Positions 12,101 through 27,100 of a DNA stretch of 64,000 nt are shown here, piece after piece. The first letter of the stretch is position 1; each line of letters starts with the position of its first letter. The position numbers and the translations under genes are program-made. Source of the DNA: Phoronis australis (taxonomy: Eukaryota; Animalia; Phoronida). The DNA lies in assembly GCA_002633005.1 (NCBI GenBank), contig NMRA01001019.1:1-64000 (forward strand), in the 5' to 3' direction. The notes under the pieces are model-generated. The model saw only the letters and a list, made by a program, of their open reading frames with translations, did no database searches and had not been told where the DNA came from.

Positions 12101-15100
12101 GGCGGGTCGAACCTAGGAACCAATATGGGTCGAACCAATTTTTTTCGGTTTTATTTTTTTCCTCGTTTTGAAAAAGTACTTTGCTATCATCGGAAAGGTA
12201 GTACATTCTACTCAGTAAAAATCGAAAAAGTATCAAAATCGGGGCAAGCACTGTAAAGTTANAATGGCGACTTTTGCTGAACTGAAAGGCATGTTCAATC
12301 GGCTACTTTGTAATTTGTGAGGATTTAACGTTGATACATTTTGACAAACGTTGCTACAAAAAGAAACTTTGTTCACTTTTCGTGTTTTTTGTGTTTTTGG
12401 CCAGCGACCAGTTAGGCCTAAGGGTAGCCTTGGCGCAAAGCTGTATAGACCTACTAACATGCTGTATTTTGAGTATAGTCTTCACTGGTAGCTGGTGACT
12501 GAGCCGGGCTAACTAAGGTCTGCCGCGGCAGTGTGACACAGGACTAACCAGCCCGTAATTTCATGCAGGTGTCTGAAACTACCTTTGAATATATGCAGCA
12601 TTTATCATTTGACCATTTTACTTCGACAAAACAGCTTGCAACCGCATGCATTTACCGTTCGCCAGTGTCTGGTCTCCATCCACACCGGGTCGGATAGGCT
12701 GCGGTCCCGAGTCTGGCAAAATAATTTCTGTCAAAATTTATTCGCCACATTTCTTCAGCAAATTCCACAAAATTGTCCGTAGTTTGATTTTATCAAAATT
12801 AAGGCGCGCTGTCGATTTTTTATCCCCGTCTGCTGGCTGGTAACAGTACAGGCACTGCTCCAGTCGCACTGACGGCGTTTTCTCGGCCTGGGTTCCTGAA
12901 TGAATTGTACTTCCGGGTTCACGGCAAGTTAAAAAATGTGGTGTTTCTTCGGGTGCGAATCGTGAGTGGCGCGTTCATTAAAACTTTTTTCGAGTACGGA
13001 TCGTGTATTAGTTATGGGGTAGGTACTTCTTGGATCCTTATAACATCTTCTAACCATGTAATAAGGGTTAACAACGCGTGAGAGAAGGACTTTAAGTTGA
13101 TTAGAACAGATCCATTGGTAGCCGCGCGTGGAACTATTTCCGCTGTTTTCAGGCCGTGTTCTTACTCCACGTTTGTTTAACCACAACACTTAAACCAGAT
13201 TCGCTTGTAGGTAAATCTTATTGGAAACTCATTCAGCAAGGTAATATAATTATGAAATGTGTAAAAAGCGCAAAGATAATTTATAGCCACAAGTCGTGGG
13301 TCGAAGGGGTTGCGGATCGCTGGGGTTTTAGGTTTCGGGGGTCGTAGGTGGACGTTGTCTTGGGTCTTGGGCTGTGGGGGTCTTAGAGAAATCCTATTTT
13401 TGCTTGTTATTCAGGTAGTTGCAAAGATGGTATACATTATGAACGAGACTATAACAGCATGGTGGTATGCCTGCTAGAAATACAGAGTTTTGATTGGTTT
13501 TGCACGCCATGAAACTGCCATTTTTGACATGTAATTAAATACAAGTTTTGTCATACAAGTATTATCACAGTATACTTGCATCTTGACTGTTGGTTTTAAT
13601 TAAAATTTGTATTAATTTAGGTGAGAATGTTAGAGTTTGTATTCGCCGATGCCATTCAACGAGGTTGTAGCCATATGATAGCCAGTGGTATTGAGAAGTC
13701 CAACTCTTGCAGGGCGACTGCTGTTATCGCGGCTCAACTGGGACTAAGCTGCCACTTGCTTCTGAGGTCAAAGGCAACCGTAAGAAATGATCACATTTGG
13801 ATTTTCAGTTTCTAAAAATGGTCTTATTGCAAGGATGGGATCCCTGTAAATAAGCACTGGATTTCAAAGAGACCGACACGTTTTCTCATCCAAATGCTTC
13901 GTCTGCTTTGTCGTATACTTCTTTCAAGAAATACGTCAACTTGTTTGTAAAGGAAATTAACGTGTGAGCGTGGCGTTTGATATACACCTGACGCAAAGGA
14001 TTGCTTGAAATTGGGTTTGTCGTAATGCTTGAACTTGCAAAATAACCCAATTTCGGTAATGCCATCACTAATGTACAACAATTTTTCGGCTTCATGTTAG
14101 AATCTTTTTTCATTTTTCCCATCTAGGTTCAAGCATAAACTAAAATTGACCTTAAATTGGCGATCAGACAACGGTCTAACTTGTAAGAAGTTGAGTGACA
14201 AAACATCCAATGCAATACGTGATCCGAAATGCATGTAAACAAGGATGTCGGGGATTGATTCGGGTCGTGAACGTCACTTACAGAGTAACGTTTACACAAG
14301 TAATTAGAGCCAATCGGAACTTGGTTAAGCAGACAATTGATGAAGGATAACCAGAAAGTCGTAATTGTAATAAAATTGACACTAAAAACGGTTGCCTTCC
14401 CTTCAACCTAATATGTTGTCTTAATTTGTTTTTGATGATTTTCCTGCTGTTCAAGAGAGGCTGTATGAGGTTTTAATTCACGTTTCCTAGCAACAGTCAT
14501 TAATTTGCATAATGCATACTACTTACTTTGCATACATTCTCAACTGAGAAATGATTATTCATTTTAGTGTGAGCAAGATTTGTCGGACAGGGGTAACCTG
14601 CTATTAAGCAGGATGTGTGGCGCGCATGTGTACCTCATACCGGAGCATTCGACGTACGTAGAAGACATTAAGCCAAAAATGGAACTACTTGCGAAGACCA
14701 TAGAGTAAGTAAACTCTACCATTCTGTGGCGATGGTGACACACCTGAGTATTCTTTGGGCTAGAAAACTACAATAATCAAATAAAAATTAAAAGTTAATT
14801 GTTCAGCTTATCCACATGGTTTCGCTAAAAGACTGTCGCGTGATAAAAAAGTCAGACGCCACGCCGTCCAAAGTTTTATGCTTGAAAACAACGTCAATAA
14901 CCATTTAATGTCAAGCGTCACCTAATATTTGCTGGAGTAAGTTGTTGACTTCCACCCAGAGATCAAACTTAAGACTTCCGCCTGCTTACTGTCGAAAAAA
15001 TGATTGACGCTCTTCCGTAGATTAGAAGTGATAACTGGGTTTGGGACGAATTGACACTCCATTCTTACTCGAGACTAGGGTCCCGTTCCAAAAAATAGTC

Positions 15101-18100
15101 TTACATGTAAGTTTACTTTGACTACAATCTAAGATTTGCCTTAAATTCCAAGCTTTGAAACTTCTGCATCAGGTAACATAGTCACAATTAAGACAAAACT
15201 TAAGTAAATAATAAGCCAAATTTAAGTTTTATCTTAAAACTGACTGAAATTTAAGATTTTTCTACAGTCAGTAAGTTTTCATGGAACGGGCCCCTTGCTC
15301 AATAAATGGAATTGAACCACATTTTATGCGGTGAACATGCTCTGAGACAGTAACAAACTTTCAATTCTTCCCGAAAAAACAATATTTTCTACTCTGTGTC
15401 AGGCCTAAGCTAAAGCAGTTTCAATGGTAAGTAGACTTAATCAAAATTGAGTAGTTTTTGATAGAATGCAGGTTCATGGCACCTTTAATAAACAAACCTA
15501 CTTGTGAGTTTCGCGATAATAACAGTGGCTTCACGTCAAAAGTATTGAAAAGTGCAATTGTTCAATCCCTCACTCAAACAGCAGACTTTTTCATTTTAGT
15601 TAAAAACTTCATAAAATGAAGCTGTGTTTAGTTCAGGTGAAAAACATTCAACGTAATAAAATAAGTATTGAATTTTTAAGCTTTATTTTGAAATATTGAA
15701 TTTTAAGTTTGATTTTCGAGTTTCTGGCTTTACATATTAAACAAAAATTGACTGCATTGAGTGCTGCTAACCTCCACATTTAATTCGTTGAGAAAATGTG
15801 GTAAGAGCAAATACGTACTGATGAGCGATTTTTGAAATATTCCTGTCTTTGCCATATCTTCCGATTGGCGAGATGCGTTTTATGTTATCCACAAGATAAA
15901 GAGTGTCTTCCTGACCAGACAAATTGCCAATGATCACTCGACGCAGTAACTTTCTGTTGTATTTCAGACATTTTTTACCGAATTTTAAAATTTTGCATTT
16001 GTACTGTAAACCGCTTCGTTAAAAAGATTTGCGCTTATTTTGTTTCAGAAAAAACACCGGTGAAAAGACCTATATTTTTTCAGCGTCTTGCGTGGTTGCA
16101 AAACATATGGCTGGCTACATACGCGCCTTCCAGGAAATGATGAAACAGGTATGGAAATGGTTTACATATTTGTAGTCATACCATTCTCAATGTAGCATTA
16201 CCAATCTCTGTCTAGTGCTGCCAATATTACAGAAGTTACGTATTCGTTGAATGGTCTACCTTTATTATTCATTTACTTTAATGATATTTAAAATCCACCT
16301 TCTGTCTTGAAACTAACTTTTGATTCAGGCCACCTGGCGTAACTTTCTCTGGCAATGGGTCATTTTATGCCAGAAAGATGTTACGGTGTGGTTTTCTTGA
16401 TTGAAATTGAATCTGGTCTAATAAACCAGGAATCTCGTGAATCTCATGATACAAATAAATGTCAGTTGATACGGATTTTGAATATGAATACTTTTGTCCA
16501 GTATAGCGCAACAAACCCGGCACAAAGATTCACCAGAGTAAAAATTGGAAAAACGAAATATATTTCACGCATTTGCCATGTCAACGTCCAAATCTGTTTA
16601 CAATATCAGTCTTAGCTAAGGGTAGAGCACACTATCAAAACACCTCCACTCAAAAACTCTACAAACTGTTGAATATTTTTGTTATTAACTGCAGAAATGA
16701 GAACAATGCAATATGCATCTACTAACTGAGCTCATAAAAAGTCTGAGATTTACGCTCACATCAATTTAGTGTCAAAAACGGACAGCCAACACTCTTTAAT
16801 GATATCGTGACGAAGAAGATAATACAACACAACTGCTTTTCTCAATGCCTTTCAATATGCACATACACATGCAGTTGGGAATGAGTCACTCGGACTAATA
16901 AACGACTTGATTATCAGTCAGATTTTTGAGATTCGTCAATAATATAGTATAAATTTTCGCGATACGATGTTTGTTTGAGCCTCTCTAACTCATATCTATA
17001 AGGTTACAATGGAGGATTTGAAGAATTTTACCACATATCACCAGTATGATGCATATTGTGATATTACACGCAGGGTCTTCTGGAGGATTTCGATGACATC
17101 GTGGTTGCGACCTCAAGTGGTACTACTGCGTGTGGTCTCGGAGTTGCTAACTATCTGACGGGATCAAGACTTAAGTAAGTTTGCAGATCGTTTCGCAGCC
17201 GTCCTTAGCGTCTACACTTTACATAAAACTGAAACGGGTGGCACTCGAGCCGAGTAGGAATTCCACGGTTGCTTCACTTCAGCCGTCCATTTCAAACATA
17301 AATCTCAAAATATTTACACAAAGCAGGGTTTCATCAAACCGTGAACAAATGTTCTTTCTCCGTGTAGCATTTGTAGCGTCCTGTTTTAGCGATCAAAACA
17401 CAAAAATCTTCCCAAAAGGCAGACACACCGCTTTGTGTTTTGATCGTGAGTTTGTTGCGAAACCCTTGAAGCAGGACACTGTAAATGCTATTAGAAGAAA
17501 AACAATTATTCATGGTTTGTTGAATCCCTGTTTTGTGTAAATTTCTTGAGATTTTTGTTTGATATAGACGGCTAAAGTGAAGCACTCGTGGAATTCCTAT
17601 ATCCCAGTGGCAGACCTTTTAGTATCACTGTATTGGGTACGATCAGAAGCTAAGGTCGCTTGAAAAAAAAACAACGAAGACAGAAACACTCTGTTTGTTT
17701 AGCGGATGTCTGTTGTCACATATCGCAAAAAATCTTGTACACAGCCAATGTAGCGCACACTTTATGTTTATGGCCCCAGGTTTATTGAACCGTGTATGAC
17801 CTTTTGTCATCTGAGCTCACTGAGCTGGTTCAGTTTGCACAACATTAATTGCATTCAGAGAACTACTTTTTCAGGTCAAGAGGTCATTCACAACTGTGGC
17901 TATTATGGTAGAACAAATAACAATATGGAACAGAGCAACTCATTGTGATGCATTTTGATAAATAAGCTTACCAGGAAGCATGTGCTTTATTGTACAAAAA
18001 ATTACAGAATTGAACCCAGAATATATACATTTATATTCTATGAAAGTAGATACACAGTACAATTTGATTTCGCACTTAAGACATTAACTAAAATTTAGCA

Positions 18101-21100
18101 AAAACGATGTTTTGGGAAAAGCATTACCAACATGGCCACATTTTATTTAGCATAAACATTCACGAAGAATTCTCAAAAACGCTATTACACAGTTTTCCAA
18201 ATTTGGCTTATTTTTTGCAGCTTTTAAGATGAAATTCATTTTATCATAAAGAAGTCTCATTTTTCATGGTATCTTATGCACAACAACGTTTAAAAATCGG
18301 TAGTCTACAGATAGCAAAGAATCTGAAAACTTTATTTGAATTTGTTTAGCTGTTTTTGAGATGCATGTTGACCAAATGTTTTCGTCACTCATAACGAAAT
18401 TCGAAATAAAGGCAAATATTGAAGTATCTACACCATGAACTATTGAAATGATAAATGACAAAAATTTGACATTCGATTGCCAATTACAAAAAGCACACAA
18501 GATTGCTAGTTTTAAAATCTTTTATTTAAAATATAACGTTTTTACAAAGATAACATAATAATTCTTGGGCAAGTGAGAATATGTTTACTTATAAATACTG
18601 AATCACCACCTTTATCAATGACTGACACAAGATGCACGCAATGATACATAGGTGTTATACTGATAAACAAAATAAATTACAGGAAGAGTTGAAAATTAAC
18701 ACTTAATCTAGAAACTTATTCAATATCTATGAAAGAAAAATAAAATATCTACACAAAACTATAAAGCACAAATATATGACAAAACACCTATAGTTTCTCT
18801 ACAATAATAAACACAAAATGTGACATAAAATACATATTTACAACACTTGGTAAACCAGCAGCTAGGCTCCAAGTAAAAACACCCACGTCAGCACCCTATC
18901 ATATGGAAAAACATCTTTGAAAACAATAAATATGCAGACAAGCTTCATGTTAGCATCTTGACATAACTATATACACATGGCACAATCACTTCCAGTAATT
19001 GTCACAAAATCCACGTATAAATTAAATAACATGCGCTCTCAAACTTACAGTATTTTCTCAGAAATATGGAAAATACAGCTATTAATGAAAGTTTTTATCT
19101 TGGAACATAACAAGCTCTCTTTTTTCCATGGAGTAATTCTGTGCCAAGACTTAAAATGGTAATCACTTCATAAAAACTGAGTTAATACTCGAAAGTCTGA
19201 GTGCAAGCTTTTGAAAAGATTGAATAACAAGTTTGTCAACAAGTTTTGATTTCACATTTTGCGATGAATGATGCAGTATTTTTGTTTCTCAGTATTAGGC
19301 AATTTGTAGTTTAGTAATTTTCCATAAGTTGGCGACTTTCTTCAAAGCTTGTTTTTTTGGTCACATTTTGCAATGAGTGGCGCATCTTTGCCTGCATCTG
19401 AGATACACCTTTGTAACCCTATAAGATTTTTTCTTTCTCTTAGCATTCAGTCTATTGATAAAGTGCCGGGAGCGACTGAAGTGCCTTTTTGCAAGGATGG
19501 CTCCTTTGAAATAGTCCTGTTCAGATCAGGGAAGCATATAGAGTAGTCAAGACAAAGGCTTTACTTTTTTCGCCATAATGGAGTCAAAAATGAATTGATA
19601 TGAAATAACATCATAACCATAACGGAGAGCCTGTTTAAATGCTGAAGGATATTTCCTTTAAAATATTGTTGTACACAATTGTGAATTTTTAGTTGACCTT
19701 CCTTTGATAAGAGAAGGTAGCTTTTTCCGAGATTTACAATGCGTGTTTCTTGGTGATCGCGCACCTGTCACACGATCCCATGAAGAAGGCTTCTTTACGA
19801 GTGCGACTGCATAGTACAAACATATTTTGGAATATTTGAGGTAGGGCAGAATCCCCTATAAAAATGGTCGAATGTGAGTATATTTTTCACAATCAAGAAT
19901 GAAATGAACTTCATCTTCAATTCCGTTTTTACAAACATGACAAATCCGTTCATTCACAGAAATTCGGAAGTATTGCACCACCTCAACCTCTAATGGTAGA
20001 ATACCTGCTCTCAATCGAGCTATGACGGACCTCTGAGACATCGGCAGACGTAAATACTCTTCTACACAACAGTCATTCCTAACAGACATATATAAGGAGA
20101 GTTTTGGTTTCTCAGTGATTATTTTTAACCAGTTTAACTTTTCTAATTGGAACCTGAATGTTTTGAAGTTTTCGAGAGGCACAATTTTTTTGTTCCTGAA
20201 ATTTTCTAAAACATGGCATTTCTCCATCCATAATTTTAAATATTGAACTTGACCAATTGCAGGAGTTCCGATGCTTAAGATCCCATAAAAAGACTTTTTT
20301 GCAATTCTGCTTTCATCCATTAGAACTAAGCGATTCCAGAACCTTAGCATATTTTCATGTTGTTTGTAGTGTGAATTTGGCCAACCTTGAGTCACCATAA
20401 AGTACTGCATTGGCAGCATACTTGTGGACCCCTAAAAATACATGTAGTGCTCTCGTTCTCAACATTTCGCATTTGGAGTATTGAGAGTACCCCCAAATTC
20501 CAGATCCATATTCTAGAATTGAAGCTACGGACATTTCAAAACATTTACTGTAACAGTTGAAACCCATGTTACCAATATGTTTGTACTTGCTCACCAGAGT
20601 TCCCAACGCTCTGGACGCGGATTCTGCCAGTATCTCAGCTGTCAAACTGAAATCCATAAACTCATCCAGAATTACACCCAGATACTTATAAAATTCTCTT
20701 AAATTCACAATGTGATCGCACAAAATTAATTCAAAACTCGTTCTTACATGTCTCCCCTTGCGAAAATGAACCACATCAGTCTTGGAAAAATTAACAGACA
20801 TTTGCCACCTTGCACAACAATTATTTTATACGTTCAATAAATCCTGTAAATAGGTTTCATTACCAGAAAAAATCACAATGTCATCTGCATACAAGAGACA
20901 GGATAAATTACATCCATCAAAATTGACACCTTTGCAACAACTGTTCAAATCATTTATCAAATCATTTATGAAACAATGTAGGCGACAAGGGATCTCCCTG
21001 CCAGAACCCTCTTTGTACTGGGAACCAGTTGGTATAACTTGACTGAACTAATTGTACACAGGCTTCTGTCTGCGCATACAACAATTTTACTGAGTGATAG

Positions 21101-24100
21101 AATTTTCCAACCACTCCTAAATTAATTAATTTTTTCGATAAAAAGTTTCTATTTACATTGTCAAAAGCCCGTTCCATATCGACGAATATCACAAACGTTG
21201 GTCTATTACCAGCTATTCTATTTCTAACAATAGACGTGAGTGTAAACACGTGGTCAAGACAAGACCTCCCCCAGTTGAAAACCATTTTGTTCTTCATTCA
21301 GTTTGTGCTCGACATTCAGAAACTCGGTTAATCTCCTGTTTAGTACAGTACAATACACTTTGCTCAGGGTGGACAGCAGACTTATGCCTCTACAGTTGGA
21401 CAGTGAATTCACATCTCTATCTGATCCTTTCGGTATAGGGGTGATAATCGCTTTTTATCCCATACACGTTGAATTTGTCGAGGGAAATACGGCCATGTAA
21501 TAAAGTTTTCCGTTTCACCTCCCACACTACTTCAACAGTGACCTCTGACATGGAAAGTTCAAAAGGTAGGTCAATGTCGACTCGACGCCCTCAGCCGGTT
21601 CGATACTCAAACTTTCCGAATATAGTTTAAAGTAATACAGTTGCAGCAGTGTAACTAACACTCGACATACAAACAGGCCCTAAACGTAAAATCTGGAACA
21701 AAACTGTTAATTATAAGACACTTATGTCTCAGTTTTCAATTGCTGAATACTATATCGTCTGCAACTCAGGCGCCGATTCCTAGGAAACTAAAATATCAAA
21801 TATTGTTGTCTTTTAACTAGTTCCAGGAGATGTTACAAGTTCACTGCACAGTTGCCGTTGTTTTCATCTTTGTTACCTCTTTTAAGAAATAATTCGTTAC
21901 TTTTAAAAGTGTTTATTTTACAAGAGAAAACTTGCAACCTAACGCGCAAGTACATACATATAGGATGTGATCCGCCATGTGAACAGTTAGGGTGAAGTGT
22001 TTGAAAAATCTGCCGAAAAAATGTAAAAGCGTAGGAATTCGAAGCGCACAGGATAAATACGATTCCGGTCTCGGTCGGTACGCGGAATAATGTCTCGTGG
22101 GATATTACTTCATGTACGCCACTCTCGGTACGTTTTGTGTATATACCATAATGATGAAATAAATCCAGTGTCAAAGACCTTCTGACAGAGCGAGACCAAA
22201 ATATTAACCATCTTTGGAGATCTCAGCACTTCGTATGGGATCCCTTCTATACCAGTGGCCTTACCCGATTATAGGAAGACTACCCATATCTCTTGTGACA
22301 TTTTATTAATGAAAAACTGGAAGAAACGGAACAGTTATAAAGTTGTTATCCCCCGTTATCTAGAGCCCGAGTGGATTTTGGTGAATTATCGCCCGAGGGT
22401 GATAATTCTCCAAAATCCACGAGGGCTCTAGATAAGGAGGATAACGGCTGAGAACATGTAATAATCTATTCATACCACATACTAAACGAGAAACATTGCA
22501 ATGAATCGATTTACCTTTTCTGACTCTCCACGGCTTTGTAAATACTTTCTATGTCAGAGGCCCGGGGTCGGAGGTCTTGACCTTTTAAGAAAAACCGGCC
22601 TATTTTTGTCAAATAATGCTTTTACTCAAAGCCAATTGAAAACCTAAATATAATAGAAATAAATTGAATTTATAAATTAAGGTTTACCAACTATTATGGC
22701 TTAAAACACGTTTTTTCACGCTAAGCTCCCACCGGGAAATTATCGTCTGCTAAAGTAGGTTACCACTGGTAACTGAATATAATCCTCAAGTCAAAGATCC
22801 TGACGACACGATACCCGCATTCAAACTGGAGATCGGTGATTTAAACGTAAGAGGACATGAGAGAAAAAATTCATTGAATTAAGATATCATTTTTATGGAA
22901 ATTATGCGTCATATTTTTCGTAGCGTATAAGTACAGTACAATGCGGTTTGTTGAACATGGGATTATTGCGCGTGCTCATTTAAGTATTCTATTTTCACTC
23001 TTGATGACGTCAGTCGCTGCATGGTGTAGTGGTAAAGTCTGCGACCAGCAATTGACCTATCGCAAGCTCCGCCCCTATGCGAAAAGTCACGTGATACCCG
23101 ACATTCGAACGAGATGTCAGAGGCAAATACACTATCGCTAAACGACGTTCCTGGTGGAATCGATGAGTGTTTTTGCACTATTTGAAAACGCTTCGACAGA
23201 GACATGAGGCGATGCTTTTCAACAGAGAATCGTACGTTCATGATATGGGAATTTGTAAAGGTGACGATGAAAAAATGGCTCGAGGAGCCAGCGAAAATCC
23301 GAAGAACCCCTCTGCCTCGGGGCCACCTTCACCTAGCAAATGACAAGGCCACTGATACGATATGTTCATGTAAAGCTGGGTATGTACCTTCAAGTCGAAT
23401 TATCTGTACGATTCCATAGATTTCATGATCTTTCTAATAAAATCAGTAAAGATTCACCGATATTTTTATTCTGTCGTCTGCTAAATTTNAATAAACACAA
23501 AATGTGACATAAAATACATATTTACAACACTTGGTAAACCAGCAGCTAGGCTCCAAGTAAAAACACCCACGTCAGCACCATATCAAATGAAAAAACATCT
23601 TTGAAAACAATAAACATGCAGACAAGCTTCATGTTAGCATCTTGACATAACTATATACACATGGCACAATCACTTCCAGTAATTGTCATAAAATCCACGT
23701 ATAAATTAAATAACAGATGCGCTCTCAAACTTACAGTATTTTCTCAGAAACAGGGAAAATGAAGTTACTTAATGAAAATTTTTATCTTGGAACATAACAA
23801 GCTGTTTTCTTTCCATGGAGTAATTCTGTGCCAGACTTAAAATGGTAATCCATTCATAAAAACTGAGTTTATACTCGAAAGTCTGATTGCAAGCTTTTGA
23901 AAAGATTGAACAAAAGGTTTGTCAACAAGTTTTGATTTCACATTTTGCGATGAATGATGCAGTATTTTTGTTTCACAGTATTAGGCAATTTGTGGTTTAG
24001 TAATTTTTCATAAGTTGGCGACTTTCTTCAAAGCTTGGTTTTTTGGTCACATTTTGCAATGAATGGCGCATCTTTGCCTACATCTGAGATACACTGGAAG

Positions 24101-27100
24101 ATGTTCTCACCTTTGTAACCCTATAAGATTTTTTTTCTTTCTCTTAGCATTCAGTCTATTGATAAAGTGCCGGGACCGATTGAAGTGTCTTTTTACAAGA
24201 ATGTCTCCTTTGAAATAATCCTGTTCAGATCAGGGAAGCATATAGAGTAGTCAAGACAAAGGCTTTACTTTTTTCGCCATAATGGAGTCAAAAATGAATT
24301 GATATGAAATAACATCATAACCATAACGGAGAGCCTGATTAATTGCTGAAGGACATTTCCTTTAAAATTTTGTTGTACAAAATTGTGAATTTTTAGTTGA
24401 CCTTCCTTTGATAAGAGAAGGTAGCTTTTTCCGAGATTTGCAATGCGTTTTTCTTGGTGATCGCGCACCTGTCACAAGATCCCATGAAGAAGGCTTCTTT
24501 ATGAGTCCGACTGCATATTACAAACACAGCCCATAGCCGGGTCCAGGGGGGTCAAGGGGGTCCTGACCCCCCTTTTACTTGATTTTAATGAAACCAAATC
24601 TAGAATTTTCAAATTGTTGAGTTGGGCCCCCTTTTTGAAAAATCCTTGATCTGACCCCCTTTTAAAAAACCCTGGATCTGCGCCTGACAAAAACAGTCAA
24701 GTATATTTTATTATTATTTATTTATTATAGTGACATAATTGTGCCAGTAAATACAATCTCAAAGATAGAATATTCACCACACACCCAGCTTCAATGGGCT
24801 TACTCAGTCACCTAATAATAATTAAACCATTATTGTTTGTACTTGCTCACCAGAGCTCCCAACGCTCTGGACGCAGAGTCTGCCAGTATCTCAGCTGTCA
24901 AACTGAAATCCATAAACTCATTCAGAGTTACACCTAGATACTTATAAAATTCTCTTAAATTCACAATGTGATCGCACAAAATGAATTCAAAACTCGTTCT
25001 TACATGTCCCCCCTTGCGAAAATGAACCTCATCAGTCTTGGCAAAATTAACAGACATTTGCCACCTTGCACACCAATTATTTAACATGTTCAGTAAATCC
25101 GGTAAATAGGTTTCATTACCAGAAAAAATCATAATGTCATCTGCATACAACAGACAGGATAAATTACATCCATCAAAATTGACACCTTTGCAACAACTGT
25201 TCAAATCATTAATCAAATCATTTATGAAACGATGTAGGCGACAAGGAATCTCCCTGCCAGACCCCTCTTTGTACTGGGAACCAGTTGGTATAACTTGACT
25301 GATCTAATTGTACCCAGGCTTCTGACTGCGAATACAACAATTTTACCGAGTGATAGAATTTTCCAACCACTCCGAAATTAATTAATTTTTGCGATAAAAA
25401 GTTTCTATTTAAATTGTCAAAAGCCCGTTCCATATCGACGAATATCACAAACGTTGGTCTATTACCAGCTATTTTATTTCTAACAATAGACGTGCGTGTA
25501 AACACGTGGTCAAGGCAAGACCTCCCCCAGTCGAAAACCATTTCGTTCTTCATTCAGTTTGTGCTCGACATTCAGAAACTCTGTTAATCTCCTGTTTAGT
25601 ACAGTAAAATACACTTTGCTCACGGGGAAGAGCAGACTTATGCCTCTACAGTTGGACAGTAAATTCACATCTCTATCTGATCCTTTCGTTATAGGGGTGA
25701 TAATCGCTTTTTATCCCATACACGTTTAATTTTTCGAGGGAAATACGGCCATGTAATAAAGTTTTCCGTATTCACCTCCCGCACTACTTCAACTGTGACC
25801 TCTGACATGGAAAGTTCAAAAGGTAGGTCAATGTCGACTCGACGTCTTCAGCCGGTTCGATACTCAAACTTACCGAATATAGTTTAAAGTAAAACAGTTG
25901 CAGCAGTGTAACTAACACTCGACATACAACCAGGCCCTAAACGTAAAATCTGGAACAAAACTGTTAATTATAAGACACTTATGTCTCAGTTTTCAAATAC
26001 TGAATACTATATCGTCTGCAACTCAGGCGCCGATTCCTAGGAAACTAAAATATCAAATATTGTTGTCTTTTAAGTAGTTCCAGGAGATGTTACAAGTTCA
26101 CTGCACAGTTGCCGTTGTTTTCATCTTTGTTACCTCTTTCAAGAAATAATTCGTTACTTTTAAAACTGTTTATTTTACAAGAGAAAACTTGCAACCTAAC
26201 GCGCAAGTACATAAATATAGGATGTGATCCGCCATGTGAACAGTTAGGGTGAAGTATTTGAAAGATCTGCCAAAAAAAAATGTAAAAACTTAGGAATTTG
26301 AAGCGCATAGGATAAATACGAATCCGGTCTCGGTCGATACGCAGAATAATGTCTCGTGGGATATTACTTCATGTACGCCACTCTCGGTACCATAATGATG
26401 AAATAAATCCAGTGTCAAAGACCTTCTGACAGAGCGAGACCAAAATATTAACCATCCACCATTAAGAAGACTACCCATATCTCTTGTGACTTTTTATTAA
26501 TGAAAAACTGGAAGAAACGGAACAGTTATAATTGTTGTTATTGCAGTTGATTCAAGCATATCTTATTTACACATAAAATTAGGAAATAGGAATGTGGATC
26601 TTCTGTATTTATCGCAAATCAAAGTTATTTCCTAAAATATGAGATAGGTGCCTGTCCAAAACCAGACACTGCCATATTGAATGTAATTGATTCGTGTAAT
26701 GCCTTTTGTTGGATTTGGTAAACATCATCAAATTGAACCAAAAAGCACTAAAGAGTCTTGAACGTGAACATTTCAATTTTCAGTTATGTTTTTCTGTCTA
26801 GTGCCATCCATGTAGCATTTAGAAAATTTGGTGCAAACACTCTTGTTCACCGTGCTGGCTAATGTCTTGAATATTAACCCCACAGAACTCACTTTTGCAT
26901 TATATCCACTATTAGGTCACTAATTGCACAGTGCAGTGGTACACACAAGCAATACAAAGCCTCCGTCGAGATGTTGATGTAGCCTTGTGATATACATGTA
27001 GCACACTCACGAGATAAATTTCCCCGCGCATTTTTGAATTTTGCTAATTTTAACGCAATTCGAGATAATCAATGAGCACAAACAATTCCAAAGTTCATTA

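Larger units (their letters stand above)
9839..13394 (+). mobile_element. TIR MITE (GGATTGTTCTAAGAC...GTCTTAGAGAAATCC) carrying two nested elements
   Basis: TIRs with GC-skewed 'cgacccc' subterminal repeats; absent from the homologous position in copy B intron 2 (~57785); family copies at 40244, 44647 and 54416. Confidence 0.8.
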
